63,810 nucleotides of DNA, filler included, from Octopus bimaculoides (GCF_001194135.2; 6 parts of 5 records of this genome joined end to end with filler, not necessarily neighbours in it), one strand, 5' to 3'; counted from the whole stretch's first letter, positions 12,874 to 26,834 are shown. The notes: generated from the letters alone by a model not told the origin. A program made the numbers and translations.

Positions 12874-15294
12874 CATGTATGTGTGTGTGTGTACTAGACT
12901 CTTAAAATTATGTTGGTTATATTGAGTTTCGTTGTGAGGCAATAATATAGATATATATAATATATTGTAGGTGTAGAATGTATAAAAGATTTGAATATTT
13001 TATGGTGTTCTGGCAAGATTCCAGTAAAAAAAATTTAATGAAAATGTTTTGTGAAGAGTATTTCGTAACGTTCTGCTGAACATAAATTACCTGATTTTTT
13101 TGTTTTTTTTTTTTGTTTGCCATTATAGAAAATATATGATAGTGGTATTACGCTTTACAGTAAACAGTGTATACGATTTTGCCTCTTTTTTTTCACATTG
13201 TAGATGAAAGAGAAAATCGTGATATGTTTGCTTGGAGTGTGTGGAGAATATGTGGTTGATATCATATGAATGTGGAATTTCTATATTATTAAAAATGTTA
13301 CTTTATTCATAATGTAGCCAGATGCGCTTGAAAAGTTAACCAAACACGTGGGGCACCACTAGCGCTACTATAGTCATACTAAAGTGACGTGAAACATAAT
13401 ATATGTCCTTTTGTATTTTAGTTCTTGCTCGTAGCTCTGTTGCTTTCATGTGTATAAGTAAAGCTTATTATATTCTTTTAGAAGAAAGCTCGTTGCGAAG
13501 TTAGCACAGATTTTGAATAACTAAATGAATTTTATTTATTAATATTCTTGATAATATTCTGCACACAGGTTTTCGATGTAACTGAGCTTTCCATTTAGTT
13601 TATAAAATAAATGAAATTATGTCAGTCAGAAATGATTATATTCAAGCGGATATATATGGCTTTTCTAAGTAATTTCTCACATTTTATTTTTTATTATAAT
13701 ATTTATACCAAGTACAAAATACTATTTATATCATGTAAAAAATTCTGTGTAAATTTATTATATTATTACAGTACGACGTAGAAATGATGGCAAAATGTCA
13801 TTATTTATAGAGCGAAAACTTTAACATAAGAAATTTAGCCCTTAATACATTGTGCGTGATATGAATGTTTAGTTGATAAGTCTCGAGATACCAGTGTACA
13901 CACCTGCCACCGAAATAACTTTTTAGATTATATACTTCTATTTCCCGCCCTCGAGATCCCTATTTTGCCGTCTTTAGTCATCTGTATAGATTACGATAAG
14001 TTCATAGAGATTTAATTCACGGTGACTTGTGAATATTCCATAACAGTCCATATAAGGACTTATATACATTTGAAGAATTCGACTTTCTAGTAAAGTATAT
14101 CACTGATTACACTAGCTAATTTTAACACACACACACACATTTACACATATATAATTGAGTGTGTATGTGTACATACATGTATGTATATATGTATATAATC
14201 ATATATATGTAGGCATATGTATTTGCATTTCTGTGTATATATGCATTCAATCGTGTACGTGTGTTTATGCGCGTGTTTGTATGTACATATGTATAGAAAT
14301 ATATATGTGTGTGTCTGTATGCATATATATGTATTTGTGTGTGTGTGTGTATGTGTGTGTGTGTGTGTGTGTGTCATGGTATGTACAATTGTTTATATAT
14401 ATCGTATACTAAATATATTTTTGTAGGTTTGCATTCAGGTAAAAAAAAAAACCTGTTTTCAATCAATTCCTACTTGCTGGTGACTTCGAGTTATATCCAC
14501 AGGAATTCTATATCTACATCTAAATTTGAGGCAGGAGTTGTTGTGTGATAAGAAGCTTGCTTCTCAACCACATGGGTCTGTATTCAGTATATATATTATT
14601 CAACTACGGTAGAAGTTGAATAATATTCTTAAGGCCGCAATTTACTCACACGCAGCATATTTTAGAGCTTGTAGCTAATTCAGTTCTCAACCAAATTGAA
14701 AAAAAATTACATCAAAATTTATAGTAACATTATAGGACTGTAAGTAACGCCTCCAATCATGCTTAGATCTAAATAACTTTTTTTTATTTTAAAAGCAAAA
14801 TATATTTATCTTACCTCCAGTGATAAAAGAAAGTATGAGGAATTTTATAGTTTTGGTCCCATGCAACCAAAAAAAAATTGTATCAAAAGAGTTGTGAGGT
14901 AAAATATATGAAGAAAAATAAGTAAGGCAAAAAATTGGATTTAAGTATAATTAACTTTTTTATTTTAAAAACAAACTATATTTTTACTACGCCTACATGA
15001 TAGAGCTAAATTCGAGGAATTTCATAGTATAAATCTCATGCAATGAAGTTTTAATGTTTGTTTCTCAAATTTCAGGGTATATCATTATGCTTTGTAAATT
15101 AAAATGGAATAATTTTTAATATCCAAATATTATCCTTAGCTGCAATATTTTAAGTAAAAGTTTTCTTGTTCTGTACCTTACCAGATGTAATAAGTTGTCC
15201 TGAACTTTTCTGAATGTAATACCCTGACATGTAATTTTCCAGGTTTACAATCTTAAGAATATTATTTCTCTTGCTCGCATGTTTCTATGTAATT

Positions 15295-15328
<34 letters not shown>

Positions 15329-17076
15329 TGTATGTATGTATGTATGTGTGTATGTATGTATGTATGTATGCATGCATGTATGTATGTTTGTATGTACTTG
15401 TGTGTTTGTGTTTGTCACTTCCACCATCACTTGACAATAGGTGTTGGCTTGTATATGTCCCTGTAACTTAGTGGTTCAACAAAAAAAACGATAGAATAAG
15501 TACTATGCTTACAAAGAACAGTTCTGGTGTCGATTTGTTCGACTAAAGACGGTGCTCCAGCATGGCTGCAGTCAAATGTCTGAAAGAAGTGAAAGAAATA
15601 TAAGAGGAAATATATTTATATTTATACATATATATATATCACCACTATTAGATATATGAGCAAAATTAGAAATCTATTCCTGTTGTATGCATGTTTATGC
15701 TTTAAAAATGTTTCTTACATGTTTTTCGTTCGTATTCTCTTATTCTATCTTTTTCTTTCTAAACTTATTTTTCGTCTCAAATTATCTCGACTTAACTGTG
15801 TTCCTTTACCATCTAGTTTGTTATTAGATGGCGTTACCTGAATTATTCGACAGTTACAAAAGATGTAGTGTGCATATATTTATTTACAATTTTCTTCAAT
15901 ATTTTTTACATACTTTTCCTCTATCTGTTTTAATGACCGCGCTCATTTCCTCTAGTTACAACATATGTCTTAATATCAGCACATTAACGAAATATCGAAA
16001 TAAATTACTCTGTCGTCAATATAATCTATATCAAAATGAATTATACTAAACTAATTCCGTTCCTAGTGTTGCAATGACTTTGCTACCTATATCATAAGAA
16101 ATACCATTCTCTACGATTATTTTACTATTATTTAATCTCTTACTAGCTTTCAAAGAATTTTAAAATAATTGTCTGATGTCCAGGACATTTTATGGTATCT
16201 ATTTTAATTTATAACTTCTTACCGTCATAACCTTTCATAACTTGTTTTAATCAACTCATAAACTTAAGATTTTATTGCCACGAACTTCAAACCTTATTAC
16301 CATTACCACTCGGAATTTATCTGCAACTTCACAAATTTCTTAACGGTTTAATGTTTTGTATGATAATTTTGAAAAAAAGTGAATAGAAAAAGAGTCGAAA
16401 TACTTATAATGTACTTCAGAAAAACGAATGCAACAACTATCACAATGCTTATGTTTCATTCTTGGTTGAATTCATAAGTACTTACTGAAGAAGTATGCAA
16501 GATGTATGATTCTACGTCTATTGGAAATAAGAAATATAATAAGAAACGAAAAAGAGAGAAAAGTAAGAAGGAGGACACTTAAGATAATTAAAGTGGTGTG
16601 ACTTTTGAAAATGCGACAGTTTAATTTCTTATTTCGGTAAAAGTATGGGGATAGTTATAATTTGCTGGGGAAGTATAGACGTGTACGAGTAATGTAGAAC
16701 TTCACGCCATTAAGAAAATTGCAAAGTTGCATATAAAATCTGAGAGGTTATGGTAATAAGATCTGAAGTTTGTAGACATAAAAATAGTAAGTGCATGAAT
16801 AGGTTAAGACAATTAACGAAAGGATATAAAAAGATGAAGGTATACATTAAAGTAAATTGTGAAATATGATTTAGATATTATGCGAATGTATTAAATTTCA
16901 GTGTAGGTTAATAAGAATGAATATAGAGAATGGAATATGATAGTAGAACATTATATTCCTACAGATATAGGTGACACAGACATTATAAGCCTTGAAATAA
17001 CAATTAGCTAAAGATAATTCGCCTTAGCAATATTTATTGCGAGGAGAGATTCTTTTAAACGGTCATGAAATTGTGT

Positions 17077-17124
<48 letters not shown>

Positions 17125-18228
17125 CGGGCGGACGGACGGACAGATAGATATTTCAGCAACAATATTCCAAAAAGAATAAAGGTATATAAACGTGAAGCAC
17201 GCAAATAATTGGCTTGACAGAATTATGCAAAACAGAAGTTATCCATTATCAGCGCAGAAAACATCGCTGATGTTAAGACGCTGTTGTTTGTTAATCGGTA
17301 ATTTCAATGGTATACAAAGCATTCAAAGAAGAATAAAATATATAAGTAAACCAAAGTATTGAATTTAAGACTCATGCTACAATTCTTTCCTCTGAAAATT
17401 ATTCAGATTCATGCATACACTATGTAACGTCAGGCAACTTCTCAAAACGAACAATCCATCCTGAAAATTTGTGGATTATTCCTCACGTCATTGTCTCACT
17501 TCTTTTTAAAAAGTTACCTGATAAGTTTGGAAGTTTTATTGTATATTGTATAACCTCATTATATATATATATAAATATTGACTTTAAATGTTATGACTAT
17601 AAATTTATACACATATATACAGATAGATATATAAATGTTCACCTTAAATGTTGACTACCGTGTGCGAATTATNNNNNNNNNNNNNNNNNNNNNNNNNNNN
17701 NNNNNNNNNNNNNNNNNNNNNNNNNNNNNNNNNNNNNNNNNNNNNNNNNNNNNNNNNNNNNNNNNNNNNNNNNNNNNNNNNNNNNNNNNNNNNNNNNNNN
17801 NNNNNNNNNNNNNNNNNNNNNNNNNNNNNNNNNNNNNNNNNNNNNNNNNNNNNNNNNNNNNNNNNNNNNNNNNNNNNNNNNNNNNNNNNNNNNNNNNNNN
17901 NNNNNNNNNNNNNNNNNNNNNNNNNNNNNNNNNNNNNNNNNNNNNNNNNNNNNNNNNNNNNNNNNNNNNNNNNNNNNNNNNNNNNNNNNNNNNNNNNNNN
18001 NNNNNNNNNNNNNNNNNNNNNNNNNNNNNNNNNNNNNNNNNNNNNNNNNNNNNNNNNNNNNNNNNNNNNNNNNNNNNNNNNNNNNNNNNNNNNNNNNNNN
18101 NNNNNNNNNNNNNNNNNNNNNNNNNNNNNNNNNNNNNNNNNNNNNNNNNNNNNNNNNNNNNNNNNNNNNNNNNNNNNNNNNNNNNNNNNNNNNNNNNNNN
18201 NNNNNNNNNNNNNNNNNNNNNNNNNNNN

Positions 18229-18927
18229 ATATACGTGTGTTGGAACACAGGCAAGTGAACGAACCAATGGATTTCTTTGCAGCCTCACCTACAACTAAGG
18301 TGGCAGTTACGACAGATTACATCGACATTGGTGAAGAAGATATAATACTAGCCATAGATGAGGTGGACACAAGCACAGCTGCTGGTCCTGATGATTTTCA
18401 AGCAATCTTCTTCAAATCGTGAAAACGCGCCCTGACAAAACCACTACAGATTCTCGTCCAGAGATTTTCTTGCGAATGGCAAGCTGCCAAGCAAACTAAA
18501 GGAGGGAATAACATGCCCAATCCATAAAGGAGGAAGCAGGGTAGATGCCAAAAGTTATAAGCCTATCTCTCTGACTTCACACATCAGCAAAGTCAGGTAA
18601 CGAATACTCAGATGGAAACTAATCACATTCCTTTGAGAAAACGACTTACTGAGTGATATCCAGCGTGGTTTTCGACTAGGTAGGAGCTGCTTGACATAGC
18701 TCGTACAGCACTATGGCTGGGTGTTGAAGCAGTTAGTTACTCGACGACTCAAGTGTAGACGTAATGTGCCTTGACTTTGCAAAAGCTTTTGATAAAGTTG
18801 ATTATAGCATGATATGCCACAAACTGCACGGTGGAAGTCAGGCTGTGGTGCCCAACGGTGTCACCTCAAAAGAAACACAAATAGTGATTGGTGTTCCACA
18901 GGGCACTGTCTTAGGACCACTGCTATT
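18229..18927 (+). mobile_element. CR1/L2-group non-LTR retrotransposon reverse-transcriptase fragment (pseudogene)
   Basis: Motifs AAGPDD, PIHKGG, YKPISLTS, QRGFRLGRSC, CLDFAKAFDKVD and GVPQGTVLGPLL. Contains stops and an internal deletion; flanked by gaps. Confidence 0.88.
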
Positions 18928-19035
18928 NNNNNNNNNNNNNNNNNNNNNNNNNNNNNNNNNNNNNNNNNNNNTTAATTAATTAANNNNNNNNNNNNNNNNN
19001 NNNNNNNNNNNNNNNNNNNNNNNNNNNTATATATG

Positions 19036-19083
<48 letters not shown>

Positions 19084-19115
19084 TGTATGTATGTATGTAT
19101 GTATCTATCTATCTA

Positions 19116-19184
<69 letters not shown>

Positions 19185-19199
19185 ATAAAACGATGAAGG

Positions 19200-20930
19200 C
19201 TACATTGTAGGCAGCTGTATAGTTGTATAGGGCGATGCAAAGTTGGGGCGGGTGAGATTCCTGTCAGTCAAAAGTCTCTCGAGCAGGTATTGCAGCCAGA
19301 ACAGGACGAAAGTGGAGAGCAGTGGAAGGTGTTGAAGTTTCAAAGTCGCGACTAAGACAAAGCGTGCTGATGAGTTCGTATAGGAGTTGATGAGATAGTA
19401 TAGGAAGGGCTGCTTTAGGTAGCAGTTCAACGCTGCAAAAGGACAATCTGAAAGGAAAGGAAAGGATGGAGTGGGGGGTTCTACTGAAGTGTGAGTGTCG
19501 ATTGAGGAGGAACGGGTCTTGGGATCCTAGCTTGAGCTCTGAAGAGCAGAACCATATCGAATGAAATTAGTGATTTTGACACTTTATGATGTCCTGTTGG
19601 AGAAAGGTGGAATCACCATCAACATACCATTTCTACCTGAGTAAAGGAACTCCGGATTACATTCTCAGTAGCTGCTGCAAAATCCTGAGTGGTGGAACGC
19701 TACCACTGGAGGAATGACCTGAAGGCCTTAGGAGACAGTCTTTTGAGGGATTAGCCATTGCAGCCACCTACGACGACCGAAGAAGACACGCTTTTATCAA
19801 GGCTGGTGCGAAAATGATGCCAGTGGCCAGATCCACTTCCCGGACCTGTTAATAACGACTCAAAACTTGGAGATGAATATCAATCTCAGGAAATAGCTGA
19901 AGCTTCCAGAAGCTGTCACCTTAACATCACTAAGGTCAGACATGGTGAAGATATCGGAAGCATCTAAGTAGGTAGTTCTCTTAGAACTCTGCATTACCTA
20001 GGAGGACTGTACCGCGGGGAAAGGGAATGAAATATGTTGAGTTGGTAGAGATATCTCTTCTACTCTTTTACTTGTTTCAGTCATTTTGACTGTGGCCATG
20101 CTGGAGCACCGCCTTTTAGTCGAGCAAATCGACCTCAGGACTTATTCTTTGTAAGTAAGCCTAATACTTATTCTATTGGTTACTTTTGCCGAACCGCTAA
20201 GTTACGGGGACGTAAACACACCCAGCATCGGCAATGTTGGGGGGACAAACACAGACACACAAGCATGCACACACACATGCATATACATATACATATACGA
20301 CGGGCTTCTTTCAGTTTCAGTCTACCAAATCCACTCACAAGGCTTTGGTCGGGCCGAGGCTATAGTAGAAGACACTTGCCCAAGGTGTCACGCAGTCGGA
20401 CTGAACTCGGAACCATGTGGCTCGTAAGCAAGCTACTCTTACCACACAGCCACTCCTACGCCTGAAACAATGAGTGGGAAGAAAAGTGATTCTACTGCAG
20501 TGAGACACAGAGGTTGTGTAGGCAAGTTTCTCTTCAGAGCTTATAAATTGCTTGGCAAAACAGGAGTAAGTAGGTGTAAGGCCTTCGAGATGGCTATGGA
20601 AGCTACAGAGATTGCGTTGACGTAGTTGTAGATCAGGAAATGTCATGTCTGGAAGGAGTCGTGCTAAATGGACACAAGTTGGGGGTCGGATGGGTGAGGC
20701 TGTCCGATTTTGAATGACCCAAATTCCCCCTTTGAAGACACTTGCAGGAGTATCGTTACAGACAAGATATAAAGGAGGAAAAACAAGGTCATTACGACAT
20801 ATGATCAGCCTACTTTTCCATATAGCCTCTTCGGTTGTGTCTGTTTGTCCTGAATCGGACTCGTTGGGCATAAAGCAAGCCTACAACAGACATGGACATT
20901 CCCCTCCGAAAATCCTTGCTCGCGAAACCA
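19200..20930 (-). mobile_element. Decayed CR1/Jockey-group LINE (endonuclease to RT region), interrupted by a SINE
   Basis: Relatively GC-rich block. Minus strand shows an FKGG endonuclease-like motif (~20720) and an FWLQ..LLTDR RT-like stretch (~19270). Alignment was done from memory and is weak. Confidence 0.4.
20058..20463 (-). mobile_element. Full-length family-A SINE
   Basis: Reverse complement aligns along the whole of 22505-22900. Confidence 0.88.
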
Positions 20931-20939
20931 AGCCATCCA

Positions 20940-20986
<47 letters not shown>

Positions 20987-22069
20987 TTTTTTTCTCGATC
21001 CCTTTTGATCGAACTCCCCCCTTTTTCCTTCCTACGATCCCTTTTGATCGACACCCCCTACTTCCTTTTTTTCCCCCTTCCCCCTCCCAAAAAGAAAAGC
21101 TCTACATTGTATTTGACCCATCTTTGTTGAGCCCTGTGTGGCTAANNNNNNNNNNNNNNNNNNNNNNNNNNNNNNNNNNNNNNNNNNNNNNNNNNNNNNN
21201 NNNNNNNNNNNNNNNNNNNNNNNNNNNNNNNNNNNNNNNNNNNNNNNNNNNNNNNNNNNNNNNNNNNNNNNNNNNNNNNNNNNNNNNNNNNNNNNNNNNN
21301 NNNNNNNNNNNNNNNNNNNNNNNNNNNNNNNNNNNNNNNNNNNNNNNNNNNNNNNNNNNNNNNNNNNNNNNNNNNNNNNNNNNNNNNNNNNNNNNNNNNN
21401 NNNNNNNNNNNNNNNNNNNNNNNNNNNNNNNNNNNNNNNNNNNNNNNNNNNNNNNNNNNNNNNNNNNNNNNNNNNNNNNNNNNNNNNNNNNNNNNNNNNN
21501 NNNNNNNNNNNNNNNNNNNNNNNNNNNNNNNNNNNNNNNNNNNNNNNNNNNNNNNNNNNNNNNNNNNNNNNNNNNNNNNNNNNNNNNNNNNNNNNNNNNN
21601 NNNNNNNNNNNNNNNNNNNNNNNNNNNNNNNNNNNNNNNNNNNNNNNNNNNNNNNNNNNNNNNNNNNNNNNNNNNNNNNNNNNNNNNNNNNNNNNNNNNN
21701 NNNNNNNNNNNNNNNNNNNNNNNNNNNNNNNNNNNNNNNNNNNNNNNNNNNNNNNNNNNNNNNNNNNNNNNNNNNNNNNNNNNNNNNNNNNNNNNNNNNN
21801 NNNNNNNNNNNNNNNNNNNNNNNNNNNNNNNNNNNNNNNNNNNNNNNNNNNNNNNNNNNNNNNNNNNNNNNNNNNNNNNNNNNNNNNNNNNNNNNNNNNN
21901 NNNNNNNNNNNNNNNNNNNNNNNNNNNNNNNNNNNNNNNNNNNNNNNNNNNNNNNNNNNNNNNNNNNNNNNNNNNNNNNNNNNNNNNNNNNNNNNNNNNN
22001 NNNNNNNNNNNNNNNNNNNNNNNNNNNNNNNNNNNNNNNNNNNNNNNNNNNNNNNNNNNNNNNNNNNNC

Positions 22070-22166
22070 TTCTTCTTCTTCTTCTTCTTCTTCTTCTTCT
22101 TCTTCTTCTTCTTCTTCTTCTTCTTCTTCTTCTTCTTCTTCTTCTTCTTCTTCTTCTTCTTCTTCT
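22070..22166 (+). repeat. (CTT)n microsatellite running out of a gap
   Basis: About 32 perfect units. Many other microsatellites occur: (AT)n, (CA)n, (ATCT)n, (ATGT)n and compound triplets at 2160-2225, 3541-3652, 27995-28105 and 59326-59398. Confidence 0.95.
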
Positions 22167-22504
22167 CGTATAATGTTTCTCAAAGCTGATAATACAAGTG
22201 GGCCGCTACACTTCACATGGATATTGTCTCCCCGTTGACGTTTACACACTTACCCTACACTTAAATTACGAACAATATTAAGATGTTTTATTCAGAATTG
22301 ATTTCTTTTTTGTGTTTCCAGTTGTAGCCTCCTGGTCAAATTGACCTCAACGCTTGACCAGCATTTATTTTATCCACCGCAGAAGGACTAAAAACAAAGT
22401 TTACCTTGATGTGATTTGAACTCGGAATGTAAAATGTTGGCACAAAATACCATAAGACATTTTGTTCAATGCTCTAACGTTTCTGCCAATTCATAAGCAT
22501 TATA

Positions 22505-22930
22505 GGCGCAGGAGTGGCTGTGTGGTAAGTAGCTTGCTTACGAACCACATGGTCCCGGGTTCAGTCCCACTGCGTGGTACCTTGGGCAAGTGTCTTCTAC
22601 TATAGCCTCGGGCCGACCAAAGCCTTGTGAGTGGATTTGGTTGACAGAAACTGGAAGAAGCCCGTCGTATATGTATATATATATATGTATGTGTGTGTGT
22701 TTGTCTGTTTGTCCCCCCAACATCGCTTGACAACCGATGCTGGTGTGTTTACGTCCCCGTAACTTAGCGGTTTGGCAAAAGAGACCGATAGAATAAGTAC
22801 TAGGTTTACAAAGAATATACTCTGGAGTCTATTTGCTCGATTATAAAGACGGTGCTCCAGCATGGCCACAGTCAAATGACTGAAACAAGTAAAAGAGTAT
22901 AAGAGTAAAAGAGTAAAAGAGTAAAGAGTA
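22505..22930 (+). mobile_element. Full-length tRNA-derived SINE, family A (CORE-like central motif)
   Basis: ggcgcaggagtggctgtgtggtaag head, gggttcagtccc box B, accttgggcaagtgtctt core, internal (TA/TG)n and (gtaaaaga)n tail. Partial copies at ~14535-14590, 15405-15600, 26400-26720, 28485-28640, 47540-47790, 54085-54230, 54730-54890 and 58860-58910. Confidence 0.88.
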
Positions 22931-23220
22931 TTAGTTAATATATTATTTATTATTCGTTATTAGCAACAGAAATAGTGCTAGTTCAACATAGAATTAACGT
23001 AGACATACTGTAGTGAACCAGAAAACAGCGGTATTCGTCTCGAGAAAGCACCTCGTATAGATGTATAGTGTTAAAATGACAGAAGAATATCAGTGGCAGA
23101 CAAAAAGCGTCTAGTAGTGGCGTTTGAATTGTTAAATCAGATTTCTGCGTCATTGAGCATCATCAGTAGTTTGCCTGCTATTTGCAGCCTCAGTGATTTG
23201 TGAATCATTGTTTCTCTATA

Positions 23221-24059
23221 TCAGTAGAGGCTAAATTTGTCTAATCACATGACTGCTAATGGATGCTTGTTACTAATGACTCCCAAAGAAGCAAAAATCT
23301 ACATTTAATAATTCCACCACCACTATTGGACGCTTCCACCACAAATTCAAGTTGACTTTAGAATCCGGCGCATGTGCTCCTCACCGTGTCCCTGGGAAGA
23401 TCTTCGAACGCCTCCTTGATATTGGCCACAAGCTCGGCAGAGCGGTTGGTGTCCTCATCCGCGCCCCATACATAGTAATCCATGGGATTGCAATCAGGGG
23501 CACTAGGAGGGCAGAAATTGGGGCTGGTGAAGTCGTAGAAATTCTCCGATAACCACTTCTAATACTTACTGGAGCGTGGCAAAGAGCCAAGTCCTACTGC
23601 CACACATGGCCTTCAAGAAACCCTCTCCAGCCAGGGATTGACCACATTCTCCAGCGTTCTCACACGGCCGTCTGAATTGAGCCTAAGGCCCTGTTCATAA
23701 TTTGTGAGATGAATGCTGGTGTACGGACGCAGTCAGAACGCCTGCTGTGTCCCTTCCTGCTGGTCACAGCTTTGTAGTCTCTGTTGCAACTGTCCATGTC
23801 ACGTCTTTGCAGTGTTGACAGAGCATTGAGCAGCAGTCATGATATGCGTGTTTTGATACCCAGTGCGAACCATCATGATACAAATAACGCTCTTCCAATA
23901 TTCAGATGCGTTCTAGTCCTCCATATCAGGTGACTTTTTCTCAATTCTAACCTTAATCTTTCTTCTCTTCAATGCCGTTGACTGTTCACCAATATATCAA
24001 GCTCTTCTTGAAAGAAAAAGGAGACATAAAAGGGCTTCAAATTTAGCCCGAACATCCTG
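23221..24059 (-). mobile_element. Tc1/mariner-superfamily DD37D (maT-type) element, internally deleted pseudogene
   Basis: Minus strand QGLRLNSDG..LENVVNPWLERV..WQ*D...KWLSENFYDFTSPNFCPPSAPDCNPMDYYVWG. There are 37 residues between the 2nd Asp and the NPMD Asp after repairing one frameshift. TIR-like caggatgttcgggctaaatttg abuts TA at 24060-24061; the other end is degenerate. Confidence 0.75.
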
Positions 24060-25486
24060 TATATCTTTGTCGTACATACGCTAAAAATCTCTAAACATTA
24101 TACAAGGTTTTCATTTCTCTTTTGCTATCTCCTGACAAAGGCGATGAACAGGCAAAATCTTTGGTGTGTCGGACAAAACGCTTAGCAACATTTCTTCCAG
24201 TTCTTTATGCTCTGAGTTCAAATTCCACCGAAGTCAACTTCACCTTTCATCCTTACGGGGTCGATAAAATAAGTACCAAGTGATCCTTAACGGAACTGAC
24301 AATTATCTTCCTCACCAACTTTCTTCGCGCTACTGTACTAATCTTCAGTTTCCCAAACTAAAACTTCACTTTTTATGTGTTCTTTTTCTCTGACTGATTT
24401 AAATGCTTCCATTGTATCTTGGTAGAGCTTCTTCATGATTTGCCTATATAAGATACAAGACAAATAATTTTTATTTCTGTCGATAGATCTGTTATATTTT
24501 CTTATGTATTTCCAAAGTTCCTGTCATTTTCATTTTTTTTTTATCGTTTATATCTTTTCCAACTTTAATATTTATTCGTTTTCTCACCTTTCATATCTTT
24601 TATTGCCGTTCATTTTCACAGTATAACGTTTTGTATCTTTCTCTCTTTTTCTCCCGTTAGTTCATATTTTGCTCTCTTAGATCTATTTATTTCCTATTTC
24701 TCACTGTTCCATGCCTGAAAAACAGTGGAGAAAATAAAGAGAATAAAGAATGTGAGTGTTAGCATTCTTTTTCCTTTTGTATGTAATCCCAAGTGAAAAA
24801 AGTTACGAGTGACGTCACCTAAATTTGATCTATCTATATTTAATATTCTATTGGTATCGTCACCTCTCGAGACTCATAATTTCTGTGTACTTTTATGATT
24901 CTGAAATATCAGATGTACTGTTTTGTAGCATCACGGAAACGACTGCTGAAAGTTGCATTGTCTAGCTATTTGTTTATCGCTTTCGGAGACAAAACATATC
25001 AGGAAATAAAGAGCAAAAATGTATGTTCCATATAGATTAATGTCTTTCAGTAGCAATGAACATATATCATAGGAAATATAAAGAAAAAAACACACAAATC
25101 ATCAAGCGTATATAAGATAAATGAAGAATTTAGCTAGGAAGAATGTCTTAAATAACATCAATGACATTTGGTAAAAGAATTATGCAGCAACAGGGATCAT
25201 TTACAACATAAATTACATAGAGACATAGTTTAGGGGTATACTTATCACGACACTTAGCCAAGGACTATGTAAGACAATAATGTACTTTTAACAATAACAA
25301 ACAAGCAAACAAAAACATTCATTTAACAACAATGTTCTTTGACAATTATATTTTAAACAAATTCAATGATATATATATATATAAATACATACATTTATAC
25401 TCAAATCTAGAGTAGCATAGTTCCTCTGACTACGTGTCTCTTCAGATGGACTGTACAATTTGTATACGTACTAATGCAACATATGT

Positions 25487-25874
25487 TGTTGTTGGCACTC
25501 CGTCGCTTACGACGTCGAAGGTTCCAGTTGGTCCAATCAACGGAGCAGCCTGCTCGTGAAATTAACGTGCAAGTGGCTGAGCACTCCACAGACACATATA
25601 CCCTTAACGTAGTTCTCGGGGATATTCAGCGTGACACAGAGTGTGACAAAGCTGACCCTTTGAATTACAGGCACAACAGAAACAGGAAGTAAGAGTGAGA
25701 GAAAGTTGTGGTGAAAGAGTACAGCAGGGTTCGCCACCATCCCCTGCCAGAGCCTCGTGGAGCTTTTAGGTGTTTTCGCTCAATAAACACTCACAACGCC
25801 CGGTCTGGGAATCGAAACCGCGATCCTATGACCGCGAGTCTGCTGCCCTAACCACTGGACCATTGCGCCTCCAC
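25487..25874 (-). mobile_element. tRNA-derived SINE, family C, with TSD
   Basis: Minus-strand head gtggaggcgcaatggtccagtggttagggcagcagactcgcggtcataggatcgcggtttcgattccc and (AAC)n tail. Flanked by gcaacatatgt / gcgacatatgt (11 bp, 1 mismatch). Confidence 0.9.
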
Positions 25875-26776
25875 GCGACATATGTAAAAACAAGGAAAAA
25901 ACATACACATCTTCGTCTGTGCGAGGGCATACAATAGTTTTATATGTACAAAATAACGCTAAAAGCATATTATGTATTAGCCTTGTTATGTCAGCAAGTT
26001 TCCCTTGCTCTTTGTTAATTTTCTTTTTTCTTTTTTCTCTTTATTCATTTGCGCCATGTTTCTGGAAAAATGTAAGTTTTTCAGAGTTTTCATTTGATCA
26101 GCCATTTCTGGCGTTCTTCCAGTTGCTTAAATCTAATTTATTTAGTTTCCTTATAAAATGTTTATAACAAAATGCATGCTTGTAGTAAAAGCATATCAAT
26201 AGGTTCACATCATTGCGTGATATTTCGGACACATTTTATGAATTATAGCGCCACACAGGTTATTTCAAAGGAACACAAGATATTAAGTTGTGAAGGATTG
26301 CGAAAACTTTGGCTAAACGCTAAACACCTTTCACAGTTTTTTGTTGTTTTACTAGGTATATTGTATGTTTATTAAGCTAATGGGCACAGGCATGTCTTTT
26401 TTGCTAAGACGTTGATTTCGCGATTGGAGTATCGGATTCAATCCCATTGCATCCGAACAATGCCATAATTGTCCGGAAGAGATATCATAACTCGAGTGTG
26501 TGCGCACACAGACACACGCATGCATCTCGTCTTTTACTGTTTCAATCATTGCAGTGCGGCCATACTGGAGTACCACATTGAAGGACTTTAGTGGAATAAA
26601 TCTAGCACAATACTTCTATTCCTCTTAAGTCTGGTGCTTATTCTATTGGTTTCTTTTTACCGACTCGCTAAGTTACGGGGATATAGACAAACGATCACCG
26701 ATTGTGAAGCGGGGAGGGTACAAACACAGCCACTAACACACACTCACATACACACACACACGTACGTACGCACACA

Positions 26777-26834
<58 letters not shown>

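Noticed and set aside
11880-12942. Long ORFs in the six-frame track (also ~4.5, 17.6, 21.0, 36.0, 57.1, 59.5 and 62.6 kb)
   Set aside because: Their length comes from runs of N translated as X plus flanking microsatellites; there is no coding evidence.
18972-18983. TTAATTAATTAA islands embedded in N runs (also 27239-27250, 52013-52024, 55886-55897, 61059-61070)
   Set aside because: An identical 12-mer, always centred in gaps and placing stops in all six frames. It is most likely an assembly spacer, not a biological repeat or CRISPR-like array.
25800-25874. tRNA-like heads (also ~44640-44711, 56110-56187, 47430-47510) as tRNA genes
   Set aside because: Boxes A/B are present but there is no closed cloverleaf, and they are attached to SINE bodies with TSDs.
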